From Macrostomum hystrix (Eukaryota > Animalia > Platyhelminthes): 64,000 nt of DNA. Position numbers and translations under genes: made by a program. Below the pieces are notes generated by a model. It saw only the letters and a list, made by a program, of their open reading frames with translations, was not told where the DNA came from and did no database searches. Shown piece by piece: positions 1 to 12,470 of this stretch (within the stretch, counting starts at the first letter, position 1; each line of letters opens with the position of its first letter). The stretch covers positions 19,964,001 to 20,028,000 of the forward strand of contig CATNEN010000038.1 in NCBI GenBank assembly GCA_950097015.1, written 5' to 3'.

Positions 1-319
1 ATTTTTTTTCTCTTGTGGGGCTTTGAAACAATGGACTCACTGCTCTCCAGAGTGTCTGTCAGCTTTTAAAATCAATAATTGGTTTGTTTATAGTGTGCTA
101 ATGAGAAATATTTAACAAAATTCGTTATTTAATACAATACAAGCCTAATTGAACTATTTGTCGTAGGCATTCGGCCTATATAAAGGTAAATTTTTTATTG
201 AAACTGTCAGTCAGACAAGCTGTACGGTTCAGAAACCTTCGGCCAGATATGGCCTGCGAAGCTTTTTAGTCCTGCAGCAATTTTCTAAATATACTGTTAT
301 GACCCCATCCACAAGTTAT

Positions 320-1147
320 TACCTCTCGCGTGTCTCGTCTCTCCCCTGCCTTATCTCTCCCCAGTCTCATCTCTACCGTGTCTCATCTCTCCCATGTCTC
401 ATCTCTCGCGTGTCTCATCTCTCGCGTGTCTCATCTCTCTCGTGTCTCGTCTCTCCCCTGCCTTATCTCTCTCCCCTGTCTCATCTCTCGCGTGTCTCAT
501 CTCTCTCGTGTCTCGTCTCTCCCCTGCCTTATCTCTCTCCCAGTCTCATCTCTACCGTGTCTCATCCCTCCCAGTTATTACCTCTCGCGTGTCTCATCTC
601 TCTCGTGTCTCGTCTCTCCCCTGCCTTATCTGTCCCCAGTCTCATCTCTACCGTGTCTCATCTCTCCCGTGTCTCATCTCTCCCGTGTCTCATCTCTCCA
701 CTGTCTCATCTCTCCTGTGTTTTATCTCTCCCGTGTCTCATCTCTCCCGTGTTTTATCTCTCCCGTGTCTCATCTTTCCTGTGTCTCATCTCTCCCGTGT
801 CTCATCTCTCCACTGTCTCATCTCTCCACTGTCTCATCTCTCCACTGTCTCATCTCTCCTGTGTTTTATCTCTCCCGTGTCTCATCTCTCCCGTGTTTTA
901 TCTCTCCCGTGTCTCATCTTTCCTGTGTCTCATCTCTCCCGTGTCTCATCTCTCCACTGTCTCATCTCTCCACTGTCTCATCTCTCCTGTGTTTTATCTC
1001 TCCCGTGTCTCATCTCTCCCGTGTTTTATCTCTCCCGTGTCTTATCTATCCATTGTCTCATCTCTCCCGTGTCTCATCTCTCCACTGTCTCATCTCTCCA
1101 CTGTCTCATCTCTCCACTGTCTCATCTCTCCCATGTCTCATCTCTCC
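320..1147. repeat. Minisatellite, 16-bp unit (TCTCTCCCGTGTCTCA and variants)
   Basis: Direct tandem repetition; the three overlapping ORFs here are artefacts of it. Related to the array at 27320-27835 in the opposite orientation. Confidence 0.95.
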
Positions 1148-2102
1148 AAAGTAAATATGTCCTGCTGTTGACTTCTATAAATTGCATCTTTGGCCTGCGA
1201 TGCATGTAAATGACCAAAAACTCTATAACACGTTTTCTGAATTTTGAAAGAGTCAATCAAAAGAGGAATTCAATAAAAGTACATAACTAATTGCGACCAG
1301 TTTAAAGTTTTGCCAGATACACAGAGAAGAGAAGATACACAGATACACAGAACAATATCCATACGAGCTTGAGACCAGGTGTTTAGTGCAAGCTGAAATA
1401 TTAGACATTCAAGAGATTCAAGCATATAGATATAATATCTACAAAGCTGAAACTCACTCAGAGTTATCTGTATCCGACATTGTGCTGATGAAGTGCTGAT
1501 GAAATTTAGACCCAGGAAGTTGCTGGGCTTGCCGATTGACTGCCGACAATAAAACAAAAAGGCCAGCTAACAAATCCTGTTTTTATGCTCAGCAACTTTT
1601 ATATTGTTTCCAACTGTTGTACAGTAGATGCATGAAAGCTATCAGCAAGCAATAACAAGATCGGACGATCAGCTATCGGCTAACTTGAAATATTTATCAG
1701 CTGCCAGCTGAGCAACTGCTGTTAGAAGAGAAAATTTACTAAGCTTAGAAACCTGGCCCAGTGATAGATTGAGTCTGGCGCTGAGCAAATTGAGTGCAGC
1801 TTAATAACTGCAGCTTAGCTCTGACTGGTGGAGAGACTTGGTGCGTCAGACCAACAGCCTCCTACCTATCTAGGCACATTTGGCAATTGAAAACCATTTA
1901 GGCTTGTTGCCAGCGCTTTCTATTCATTTCTATAGTGCAGAGATAACGAAAATGAACTCGCTCGCACACACAAAACTATTTAATAGACCGAGCTCTGAGA
2001 AAACTATTTAGTATAGTGGATGGTTGTGCCTGACTGACACATACACAATGAGAAAGTAGTGGCGGTTAGTCTACGATAAGGCACTTATTCAGTTCATTTT
2101 TT

Positions 2103-3530
2103 CTAGATGTTGTTCTGCTCCTCGCTAGACTTTGGAGGTTGAAAGCTCCACTGGGCGTAACTGCCTGCCACACAGACGCTTTTAACTATAGTCTGAGTAG
2201 AAACCTGACAGGTGGAGTGAAACAATTATTACTCACTCCATCTTGGTTTTGGACAACTGGCGCGTGCTTCTGAGATCGATTACGGGGTCTATTTTATGTA
2301 AAGAAATTTGATACTAGAAGGAAGCCTCCAGCTTTCACTGGAGCGTTAAACGTCTTTCTTTGAAGCGTTAAACGTCAGAAGACGGTTCTTTAGCATTAAC
2401 TTTTCAGCCTCACTTTTGTTTCTACTTAAAAAACTAAATAACAAAAAACTAAATAACCTTCTTGAAGTTTGAGAACCTTCTTGAAGTTTGAGAACCTTTC
2501 TGAAGTTTGAGAACCTTCTTGAAGTTTGAGAACCTTTCTGAAGTTTGAGAACCTTCTTGAAGTTTGAGAACCTTTCTGAAGTTTGAGAACCTTCTTGGAG
2601 TTTGAGAACCTTTCTGAAGTTTGAGAACCTTCTTGGAGTTTGAGAACCTTCTTGGAGTTTGAGAACCCTCTTGAAGTTTGAGAACCCTCTTGAAGTTTGA
2701 GAACCCTCTTGAAGTTTGAGAACCTTCCTAAAGTTTGAGAACCTTCTTGGAGTCTGAGAACCTTCTTGGAGTTTGAGAACCTTCTTAAAGTTTGAGAACC
2801 CTCTTGAAGTTTGAGAACCCTCTTGAAGTTTGAGAACCTTCTTGGAGTTTGAGAACCCTCTTGAAGTTTGAGAACTTTCTTGAAGTTTGAGAACCTTCTT
2901 GAAGTTTGAGAACCTTTCTGAAGTTTGAGAACCTTCCTAAAGTTTGAGAACCTTCTTGAAGTTTGAGAACCTTGAGAACCTTGCAAAGTTAAGAATGAAA
3001 AAACATGCAGAACATATTTTGCTTTTTGATTTTCAAACAGAAATATGTACGTACGTTCGATATTTAAAAATTATTTTCAAACGAACAGAGTCGAGAGATT
3101 AATCTCACGTGGTCGGCTTGCTGTAGGTACTGTCGAGGTGCTGGTACAGTGATTTCATCTGAAAACAGTGAGATTACAGATTAGTTTAGGCTAGCGAACG
3201 GATTGCTGTAACAAAAAACTCAAAGTCAAACTGCACTACTAAGAAAGTAGTAATATGAGTTTTTTAGACAGTCACAAAAAGTGTTAAAACAAACAACTTT
3301 CAATCTCATTCTACGCGTTCAGTTGGTACTGACACTCACAACACTTTTGCCTCCGACCGCGCCGGCTCTCTCATCCACCGATCCCCTAGCGTTCTTCAAG
3401 CCCCGGGCCACCTCCGACCAGATGTTGGGCTGGCGCTGGTCCAGCTGCTCCCGGCTGTCCGACATCACTCGGTCGACTGCTCCGCGCAGCCTGGCCAGTG
3501 AGACCTTCGGCGTCTCGGTAGCCGCGGTGG
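2103..3530 (-). CDS. 3' exons of an unidentified protein-coding gene (partial model)
   Basis: Phase-consistent GT-AG exons: 3340-3530 (GC-rich, ATAATETPKVSLARLRGAVDRVMSDSREQLDQRQPNIWSEVARGLKNARGSVDERAGAVGGKSV), 3109-3158 (MKSLYQHLDSTYSKPT), 2237-2288 and 2103-2192 (ends ...SEEQNNI*). No family recognised; 5' exons not located. Confidence 0.45.
2455..2975. repeat. Minisatellite, 19-bp unit (GAAGTTTGAGAACCTTCTT)
   Basis: About 27 tandem copies. Confidence 0.95.
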
Positions 3531-5577
3531 CTAAGTGAAAATCGAAGAGAAACGACAATTAGGTCTCCCAATTTTCCTTCCTATTTCCTACTTATAATTC
3601 TTTCCTTCCGATGAATGTGGGACAACTGACGTCAAATGATGCGACAGTGCCGACAGCTGATACTATTAGTAGTATCCATTGTATTCCTTTCCTATCGGAA
3701 TATTAAGCTCTTCATTATATTCTATAATCTATTGACTAGATCAGCAATTCATATTATTATTTCTGCTCTCCAATTGCTACCTGGTTTATTGCTGTTTTGA
3801 GTTTTAATTGGTAGCTTTTACTTTCATTAATTTCCTGTTTTTCTAATTTCTTCCATTTTTATACCAAGAGGCCCCCCTGAAATTTTTTTGGCAGCGTCTG
3901 AAGGCTAACAGCGTTAGGTGGTGACTGATTGGTTGACAGACTAGGCGATGGTGTATTGTGGTTGAGCTGCGCCTAATATTTTGGCTTGAGCAGTGAAACC
4001 GGAGAAATTCGCGTCAGGGTGTCCATAGTAGCCATTTCCCACTTGTTGTAGCCCTTGAAGGTCCAGCAAATCCGTCTAGATAAAGGTAGGTGACCACCGA
4101 AGACGGAGATGATGCAGGCACACTCGGTTGACATGCAAATAAATATTGAAGGCCTGGCAAGGCCGCACTGAGGCGCAGTGCTAATTTGTGTATTGGGGTG
4201 AATGAAATACTCTAGAGCTTATGGGAAAAATCCGACCTTCGGCCAGAACTTGACTCTTGTTTCAGAAGATGCATGAACAAAAAATTGGCCCTTGTTCTTG
4301 AGTTTCATGTACTTGAATTGCTCTGTTCGGCCGCAGCACAAAAAGTTTTCAGGGGAGAAATCCCTCTTTAGTTGTTCTACTAATAAATATATCATTCAAC
4401 ATAAAAAATAACAGCCTGCATGGTTACATGATGAACTTTTGTGAGCTATTTTGGCTATTTTGGTGGCTTTTCAACGACGAGAATCGTTGAATATATCGAC
4501 GAGCTGAAAGTTGTCGGTCGTGTACTGGATTTTCATGGCGATTGGTGAAATATTTCAGGAGATACAGGAAAAAGAAAAATGGGGTTTTTGAAATACCCAT
4601 TGAGGACTTTCTGCTGTTAACTGAGAATAATGCAGGCTCTTTGCGTATACTAATGATGGCTGAGTTACAAATCAATAAACCTGAGTATAGTACTCACTCA
4701 TGCTGCTGATCAGTCCAATGTAGGCGAATCTTGAACGATTAATAACTGCTACGCTTGTCGCTACCTAGTTCTTAGTTGCTAACGGTATGAAAACGCATCA
4801 ATTTAAACTTTCGCAAAGCATTATGAAAGGATTGTACAGTGGCAATTGGCGCCCACCTTGCTGGCTTGCAGATAAACTGCAGAGCGGCTAATTTAACTGC
4901 TAACACTATTCTGTCGCAGACAAAAATTGACGAGCCCTCGAAAGCAAATGCAGAAGAAAATGGACGTGAGAGAGACTTTGTTGAGTCGCCTCTCACCTCC
5001 TCTCAATGCCTTTGCGCCGTGTGGGCCTTCTCATATCTTTGAAGCAGACTTGAAGTAGATGATTCTAACCTTATATTTGTTCTGGCACCCTGAGAGTCTC
5101 CTACCGTATGTAAGGCTTCGGTTGAGTATTGCTGCGCTCTACACACAAAGTTTTATTGGTGTTTCTCATCCAGCTATTTTTCAACTTGGCTGGATATAAT
5201 TCTCCTAGTTGTATATTGGAGGCGCACTTCTCAAAACAGTGCTCAACACTGCTCAACACTGCTCAAGTATTTTGGTAGGTCGGGCCTCGGCAACTAATTT
5301 GTTATGAGTTGCTGTGTGCCTTACACAAGGCTGAAACTACGCAGTACACCATTGTCTGCTGCATGGAGTTCGTCTTTAGACCCCACTGTTCTTACAATGG
5401 TTAATGTGCGACTTCGTTTAATTAATGCCAGTGTCTAAGTGCGCTGTTTCATTATTCGCATTAATTCTTCTACGGCCGTGTACCACTCATTGTTATCTTC
5501 AAAGATTGGCGATAGACAAAGTTGAAATGCTTGCTATAAGTCAATTATTAATTGACTAATTTAGTAGTCCGTGGTAT

Positions 5578-5579
<2 letters not shown>

Positions 5580-5642
<63 letters not shown>

Positions 5643-6372
5643 AAGACACTAGCCCCAAAAGTCAGGGAGGCAGCGTCAGATGGCGCGCCGCAGAGCCAGC
5701 GCGCGAACATGGTCTGCGCCGGTGGCAGTGTCGGGCGCCCCGGCGTCGCTCAGCAAGCAGTCGACGTAGCGGCGGGTTCGAGCCTGGCCGCGCCTGAACG
5801 GGCCCTGCAGGGTGAGCAGCAGGACGTCCTGGGCGGGCTGGCGGCAGTAGCTCTCGGCCCGAATAACGTGGCCCGCTAGTCGCAGTCGCCGCTGGCGCAG
5901 GATGGTGGACGGGCGTTGCAGCTGGGCTCTCTCGTACAGGGCCTCGGTCCCGACGCTCTCGTCAGCTTGAAAGGCCGCACGGAGCAGCCCCGAGTGCGCC
6001 GAGTCCAGCTGCCGCTCCAGCGTAGCCGTCAGCGTCCACGACTCGGCGTTGTACAGCAGGACGGTCTCGACCACCGCCTGCCACAGCCGAGCCCTCTGGC
6101 GGTCAGGCAACGCTGTGGACTGGAGGACGGCCCGGATCGAACGGTAGGCTGCCCATGCGAGTCCTCTGCGCCGCCAGATGTCGTCTTCCACGTTGGGCAC
6201 CAGACCGCCGAGGTAAGTGAACCGCTGGCAGCGTGTGAGCGAGTTGATCTGCCCGTCTGCGCCGTGGCACGTCAGGCCCGCTGGAATGTCGGCCGGCACA
6301 GTCAGCACCTCGGTCTTAAGCGTGTTGATCACTAGGCCGCTTCAGCCAACCTGTCAATCTGGCGCTGGCGCT
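5580..6372 (-). mobile_element. 5'-truncated non-LTR retrotransposon (RTE-like), C-terminal part of the RT ORF plus (GTT)n tail
   Basis: ORF 5676-6332 has LINE RT C-terminal motifs (INTLKTEVL, FTYLGG, LLYNAESWTL, RRLRLAGHV). A short 3'UTR is followed by a (TTG)~21 tail at 5580-5641. Flanked by the target-site duplication GTGGTATAA at 5571-5579 and 6373-6381. Confidence 0.9.
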
Positions 6373-6974
6373 GTGGTATAATCACAAGAGAGATGTGATT
6401 TCGCGACTTGTTTTGGCCATAGAATAATGCTCGTGTCTATTATGTCTATACTACACACCATTATTGCTTGCGGCTTAAAGCCTCGGTGTACAAAAAGTAT
6501 ATTCACAGGATTAACGAAATGGTTGATAGACAAAATTATTTCATGTTAATTCTTACTAGGCGTGCTGCTTGGCGTGGCGAAATATTCTATTTTTTTCATC
6601 CTGATTTTAAACAGACGCTAAAATAAAACAAGTTTAATTGTGTCTGTCACGCATTACAATAATCTATTTTTTATTAAAGGAAAACTATACTAATTTTGAA
6701 AATACAGCCATCATGCGCATATTGTTACGAGGTTAGAACACAAACTTAAAGCAGTCACGATTCATTCACAATTTTTTCTCCAAGCATTCAATAAATAAAA
6801 TTTAGGAAAAAAGCCAAGTGAACAGTTTTTTCGAAAATTTAATATGTTAAATTCAAACGAGCGGAAAGACTCTTAAAGGGGAGTAACGAAAGACATCAAC
6901 AAATTGGAAGCAAATTAGTCCTATAGGCGTCTCGGTGTCGCTATGAGCCGTAGATTTTTCATTTCACCGTCGCA

Positions 6975-9900
6975 TCAGGCGTGGTCCGCTGATTGACTAA
7001 CAATCTGAGAGAATTCTGTAAATTTGGTTTAACTGCTTAAATTAAGTGGCAGATAAAATCATTTGGTTAAAGTGTATAAAGATAATATAAAAATATTAAC
7101 ACTTGCATGAGGGCTGCGGGCAATGGCAGATCATTAGGTGACATTAGACCCACAGCCAGTGAGGAGGCAATTCTGCCCATTTCACTCACTACTGAGCACA
7201 CATGCACGCACGTACAGTCTCACACAGGTGTGTACATCTGCCCTGACTTTCTCATCGTCAGGCAGTGTGAACTTTCATTGTGCCTTGGAGGTTGGCCCTC
7301 AAGGACGTAAATTACACGACAAGCCCCGAAGCCTTCTCTCCGCGGCTGCGCCCCAAGGGGCGAGAGGCGAACGCGTTAACGGCTCTGCCACCGACCCCCA
7401 AGGTGCCTGGATTAAGGTTAGATTACACAAAAGTCTTTCTAAAAATAGCAGCAACCGACATTCCTATGCTATCGATTTTTAAGCTTAACACTTAATTGGT
7501 TGAGGAAAGTCACGTGCCTGGCTCACAGTGAGGTTGGGGTTCACAGAGCCGTTCTAAAAATAGCAGCAAGCCATCCTTCCTTCACTAATCGATTTTAAGA
7601 CCACAGTTAGCTACTGGTTTAAGAAAAGCAATAACCAATGGACTGAAAGAAGCAATAGTTGACAGTTATTTTTGTGAGAAAATCACCAGAAAAGTCCACA
7701 AATCCATCGCCATTCTTGTCAGCCTCTTTGATCATGTCGCCAAGCTCCTGTTCAGTCAGCTTCTGACCCTGACTCTCCATCACAGCTCGCAGGTCGGCAA
7801 GACAAATCAGACCGTTGTTGTCCTTGTCGAATACCTGTCCGATAGGAATAACTTTTATTTTAATGATTGAGCATCAGCATCAGCTAGGATCATAAAAGGA
7901 AGGAAGCACTATTTTGAACTGCATCTTTAAAGTTACTAAAGGTAGCAATTTTTATCACAAATCTCAAGTCAGCAACTTTCGACTATGAATTGTGAGTCCA
8001 TTACAGTTCATTTGATTAGTCGAACGTACATAGTACTCAAGATGTCGTGCAGTTCAAAAAGCCTTGTTGTATTTATGGTCTTTAATTAACAACAAAATTA
8101 GGGTTTAGGAACAAGTCCTACAGACACGAGGCCTTCTATTTTTGTGGATAATTAGTTGTTTCTCAAGCATCGACTGATTTGTGTCTACGAGGTGAAAATT
8201 TGATGACTTTGCTATATAGCGCCCGAGTCTAGCAGAACAACAACTTGCTTAGCAACATAAATACATGCAATATTTCTGACGAACCTGTATAAAGTATTAA
8301 AGAGCCACTTACCCTCAATATTTCTAATCTTAACTGAGCACCCGGAACACCCTCTTGCCCATCAAAGCACTAGTCCGGATTAATGAAAATCATGGCGGTT
8401 CACATTGAGGTAGAATAAATCAAGAAGTTATTCAACTAATATGCGATATCTACCATTTATAACAAAAATTCGTGGATTGAAACTTGGAAATTCAGTACAA
8501 ACTAGTAAATTACCTAATTATTAGCCTAGAACCATTAATGCTTTATAATAAACAACAGTTGACTATGGACTCCTGAGCACACACGCACACAGATACTATA
8601 CGCAGGCACACTCTCACACAGGTGTGTGCATCTGCCCTCACTTTCTCATCGTCAGGCAGTGTATACTTTTACGGTGCCTTGGAGGTTGGTCGTCAGGAGC
8701 ATAAATTGCGCGCAAAGCTGTCAAGCCTAGTCTCCGCGGCTGCGCCCCAAATGAATGTGGCCTCGCCACGGAATCGAGCTCAGGGATCTTTGTGACCCCA
8801 CTCTTCGAAATGTACACGTTTAAATTCGATCTGCCAACTAATTGGCTTTAATATAAGCAATAATGGAATTCGCCTATTCTCTCACCGCAAACGCTCGCCT
8901 CAGCTGTTTCTCCCGACGGTGCTGCCGCATCGCCTCCTCGGAGATGATCCGCTCCGACATCATGTGGACGAATTCGTCGAAGTCAATCGTGCCGTCCCCT
9001 GAAATGGGCAAAGCACTTTAACACACTATTCCCTCATCCGTTAGGATAGACTAGCAATCCATTCTATTTCTTTATCCATGGTGATAGACTAGCAATCCAT
9101 TCTATTTCTTTATCCATGGGGATAGACTAGCAATCCATTCTATTTCTTTATCCATGGGGATAGACTAGCAATCCATTCTATTTCTTTATCCATGGGGATA
9201 GACTAGCAATCCATTCTATTTCTTTATCCATGGGGATAGACTAGCAATCCATTCTATTTCTTTATTCATGGGGATAGACTAGCAATCCATTCTATTTCTT
9301 TATCCATGGGGATAGACTAGCGATCCGACAATAATCCGAAAGCCACAGCATTGCAAACGATAGTTTGGCAGCGTGTTCCCAATATCCCGTAACAGGCAAA
9401 GATGTTTAACGCAGGTCTGTGAAATGTAAGAGCAGAATGAATTCTTTCAATTCGATCTCTATCTGTTGATGTAGAAACTCTCGTACTGGAGTAGCCATTA
9501 TTAATCTCGCAGCCTCTTCTCATTTCCTGATCTCTCTAGATCTACTAGATAATACTGCTCAGCATATCGCTGCCATATTTAATATATGTCGCGCTTCTTT
9601 TCATTATAACAAAATCTGTCTTTCTGATTTAATATCCGCTGCTGTACAGTACATCGGCGAGAATGCCGTTTGCTAGGCGGGAGTTGTGAATTGAAAAGAA
9701 GCGGAGCGTCTGTCCTGGATCTCATCGCATGAGGAATCGAAAAAAGTGCAAGAACTGTTGAAGAGAGCAGGCAACCTCACAGTGGGCAAACAGCTTGAGG
9801 ATTCCTAGAACCAGATGTTTGCAGGGATATGTTAGATTGCAACATTTTTGTTTGAAGCATCTCATGACTGTGGGGTGTTGAGTTTGCTCACTTGAGCAGA

Positions 9901-12364
9901 CGTTTCTAGAAATGTACCTTTTAGAGAAAATTATTTCCGTGGTGACAGTGTCCTATCAGGCTATGAGGCTTTTTAGTTTTCAGTCCCAAAAAACCAAAAC
10001 CATTTGATGATGATGCATTTGGCGGATTCCTGAGCACACACGCTTATAGATAAATACCTTACGCAGGAACACACTCAAACAGGTGTGTACATCTGCCCTG
10101 ACTTTCTCATCGTCAGGCAGTGTACGCTGTTACTGTGCCTTGAACGTAATCAATCAGCGTATATTGCAGGACAAGCCGCGGCTGCGTCCAAAATTGAATG
10201 TGGCCTCGCTGCGAAATCGAGCTCAGGGACCTTGGTGCGAGAACCAATCTGCCACCGACCCACTAAAACTTAACAATTATTTAGCTTAAAATAGCTGAGA
10301 GATATCGGTCACGCTTGGATAAATTTAAACATGAAAACAATGTACTCAAACAGACTCATTCAGAATCAATCTAAGTGCACCTTAGTCCCCAAGAAATCGC
10401 AAGACCGTTAAGGACCTCAGTTTATAGGAGAGTTTTAATCACCAAAGTGGTTCTCTGCTCTGCTAATCTCTTGCAACTCTCCATCTCCGCAAGCAGACGG
10501 AAGTCCTGAGTCATACTCGAGCAGGACAGTGGGACGGGGCTGACAGACCGGAGCTTGCACGATAGCCTAGCGGCCCTCGTTGAGATTGCGAGCCAGCGAG
10601 ATTGTGGTGCAGTAAACACACGATTGCTAATGCCTGCGCTGTGCCCTACAGCTAAGCTAATATCTAATGGAATCAAATTTGTTCAATCACATCTTGTCAA
10701 TGAGATAATTTAGCAGTACACTCTACTTAACTATTCTTCCAACGGGATAGATTAGCAATCCATTCTATTCCTTCCTCAATTAGGATAGATTAGAAATCCA
10801 TTCTATTCCTTCATCAATTAGGATAGATTTACAATCCATTCTATTCCTTCATCAATTGGGATAGATTTACAATCCATTCTATTCCTTCATCAATTGGGAT
10901 AGATTAGCAATCCATTCTATTCCTTGATCCGTTGGGATAGATTTAGAATCCATTCTATTCCTTGATCCGTTGGGATAGATTTACAATCCATTCTATTCCT
11001 TGATCCGTTGGGATAGATTTACAATCCATTCTATTCCTTGATCCGTTGGGATAGATTTACAATCCATTGATATTCCTTGATCCGTTGGGATAGATTTACA
11101 ATCCATTCTATTCCTTGATCCGTTGGGATAGATTTACAATCCATTCTTCGAGTATTCATTCACCCATTTAGTAAAATATTTTTCATTCCTTAAAATTAAG
11201 AGATAGTTGTGCATCACACCCATGTTGATGTAAAAAACGTCTTATCTTGTAATGAAGGCTTACATTTTAGCTCTCAGGTCGCTAATGCATAAAAAACTGT
11301 GCTTACCTAAAAAACATGACCAAGCACCTGCGCACGCACATGTCTCACAGGAGTTAAAAAGCCAAGCGAATCTATGCGACCAAGATACGGAAACGGATCA
11401 AGCCCAGGTAGGACTGGCGGCAAAAGATGGTTAGGAAGAGATAAAGAAAGGACGACAAGAGGCACCGGGATTATAATGCAACTCGATAGGGCCGCATCAA
11501 TAGCCGGATTAAGCTAGTTCTGCACCCAACCTGACCTTGAGTGGGTCCCTAGAAATGAGCTGGCAAATTAATAAATTTATAACATCACAAATCCACAAAC
11601 ACGCATTGATCAAGTTCATAGGAAACACTTTGATTATGGGGTAGCTGTAGAGAAGGTTGTTGCCTATGTGGTTAGAACTTCGGACTTAAGACCTGAAGGT
11701 CGGGGGTTCGATTCCGAACTGCGCTGGAACTATTTGTGTCCTTTATAAAGACACTTCTCTCTGTATTGCTTCAGTTCACCCAGCTGTTAAATGGGTACCA
11801 GCATTAGCTGAGGTAATTGAGGGTGGGTTTGGCGTCCCCCCTGTCCATGGACTGAACAGCTGTACGCAGCCTTCAGATGCGCCGCGCAATACGGCTGTGC
11901 TGTGTTATTAATAATAACCAATTATTATTATTAGAGCTAGCTTTTAGATCAGCGGTCAGTAATTGAGCAAGAAAATTTCCCGATTGTCAAAAATTTGGGT
12001 TTTACCTGAGTCCTCGGACTGAGTAGTTGTACACTAGCCTTAAATCTGTTTCAACTTAGTAGTTTCGTAGATGAGTAGATAGTGACTCTATTTCTTTTTT
12101 TGAGGGTCATTACCGTCCCGATCCACTTGTCGCATCATGTCCTGCAGCTCCTCTACGCTGGGATTCTGTCCCAGACTCTTCATCGCGTCCTCCAACTCAT
12201 CGGAGCTGATACAGCCGTCGCCATTTTTATCGAATAGTTTGAAAGACTCGCGAATGTCTGGAAGAAAAGCATGCCGAGCTGTGTTAGAAAGGCCAGGACT
12301 CAATAACTTGAGTATTATACTCACCCGCAAGTTGACTGGTTGTTAACCGTTTTGTCGTATGCAT
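6975..12364 (-). CDS. Calmodulin-like 4-EF-hand protein (~161 aa)
   Basis: Exons 12325-12364, 12114-12257, 8886-8998, 7687-7834, 6975-7015; all GT-AG and phase-consistent. EF loops [48 protein letters not shown]. An acceptor just 5' of the ATG (12371) means a further upstream exon is possible. Confidence 0.88.
7107..7400 (-). mobile_element. tRNA-derived SINE, family A
   Basis: Matches other copies; tRNA-like head GGGGTCGGTGGCAGAGC..GTTAACGCG, with an internal deletion. Confidence 0.85.
8565..8800 (-). mobile_element. SINE family A, partial copy
   Basis: Sequence similarity to other copies (CTTTCTCATCGTCAGGCAG core). Confidence 0.85.
9044..9320. repeat. Minisatellite, 38-bp unit (GATAGACTAGCAATCCATTCTATTTCTTTATCCATGGG)
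   Basis: About 7 tandem copies; same family as 10730-11147 and 39090-39250. Confidence 0.95.
10022..10262 (-). mobile_element. SINE family A, degenerate copy
   Basis: Similarity to family A consensus. Confidence 0.8.
10730..11147. repeat. Minisatellite, 38-bp unit (GGGATAGATTTACAATCCATTCTATTCCTTGATCCGTT)
   Basis: About 11 tandem copies. Confidence 0.95.
11655..11930 (+). mobile_element. tRNA-derived SINE, family B (CORE/Meta-like central domain)
   Basis: B box GGTTCGATTCC; central GTGTCC..AAGACACTT..CACCCAGCTGTTAAATGGGTACC; AT-rich tail. Further copies elsewhere in the window. Confidence 0.8.
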
Positions 12365-12389
12365 GCTGGGTCTGAGGGAACAGTTTGGT

Positions 12390-12408
12390 TAGATAGATAG
12401 ATAGATAT

Positions 12409-12460
<52 letters not shown>

Positions 12461-12470
12461 ATAAATAGAT
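12390..12470. repeat. (GATA)n microsatellite
   Basis: Direct inspection. Confidence 0.95.

Noticed and set aside
299-1209. Long ORFs in several frames over repeats (also 2426, 27157, 30963, 36226, 39915, 51669, 53802, 58948)
   Set aside because: Translations of stop-free tandem repeats with periodicity equal to the DNA unit.
7437-7630. Imperfect ~70-bp direct duplication (TTCTAAAAATAGCAGCAA...ATCGATTTT)
   Set aside because: Small degenerate intronic duplication with no supportable function.
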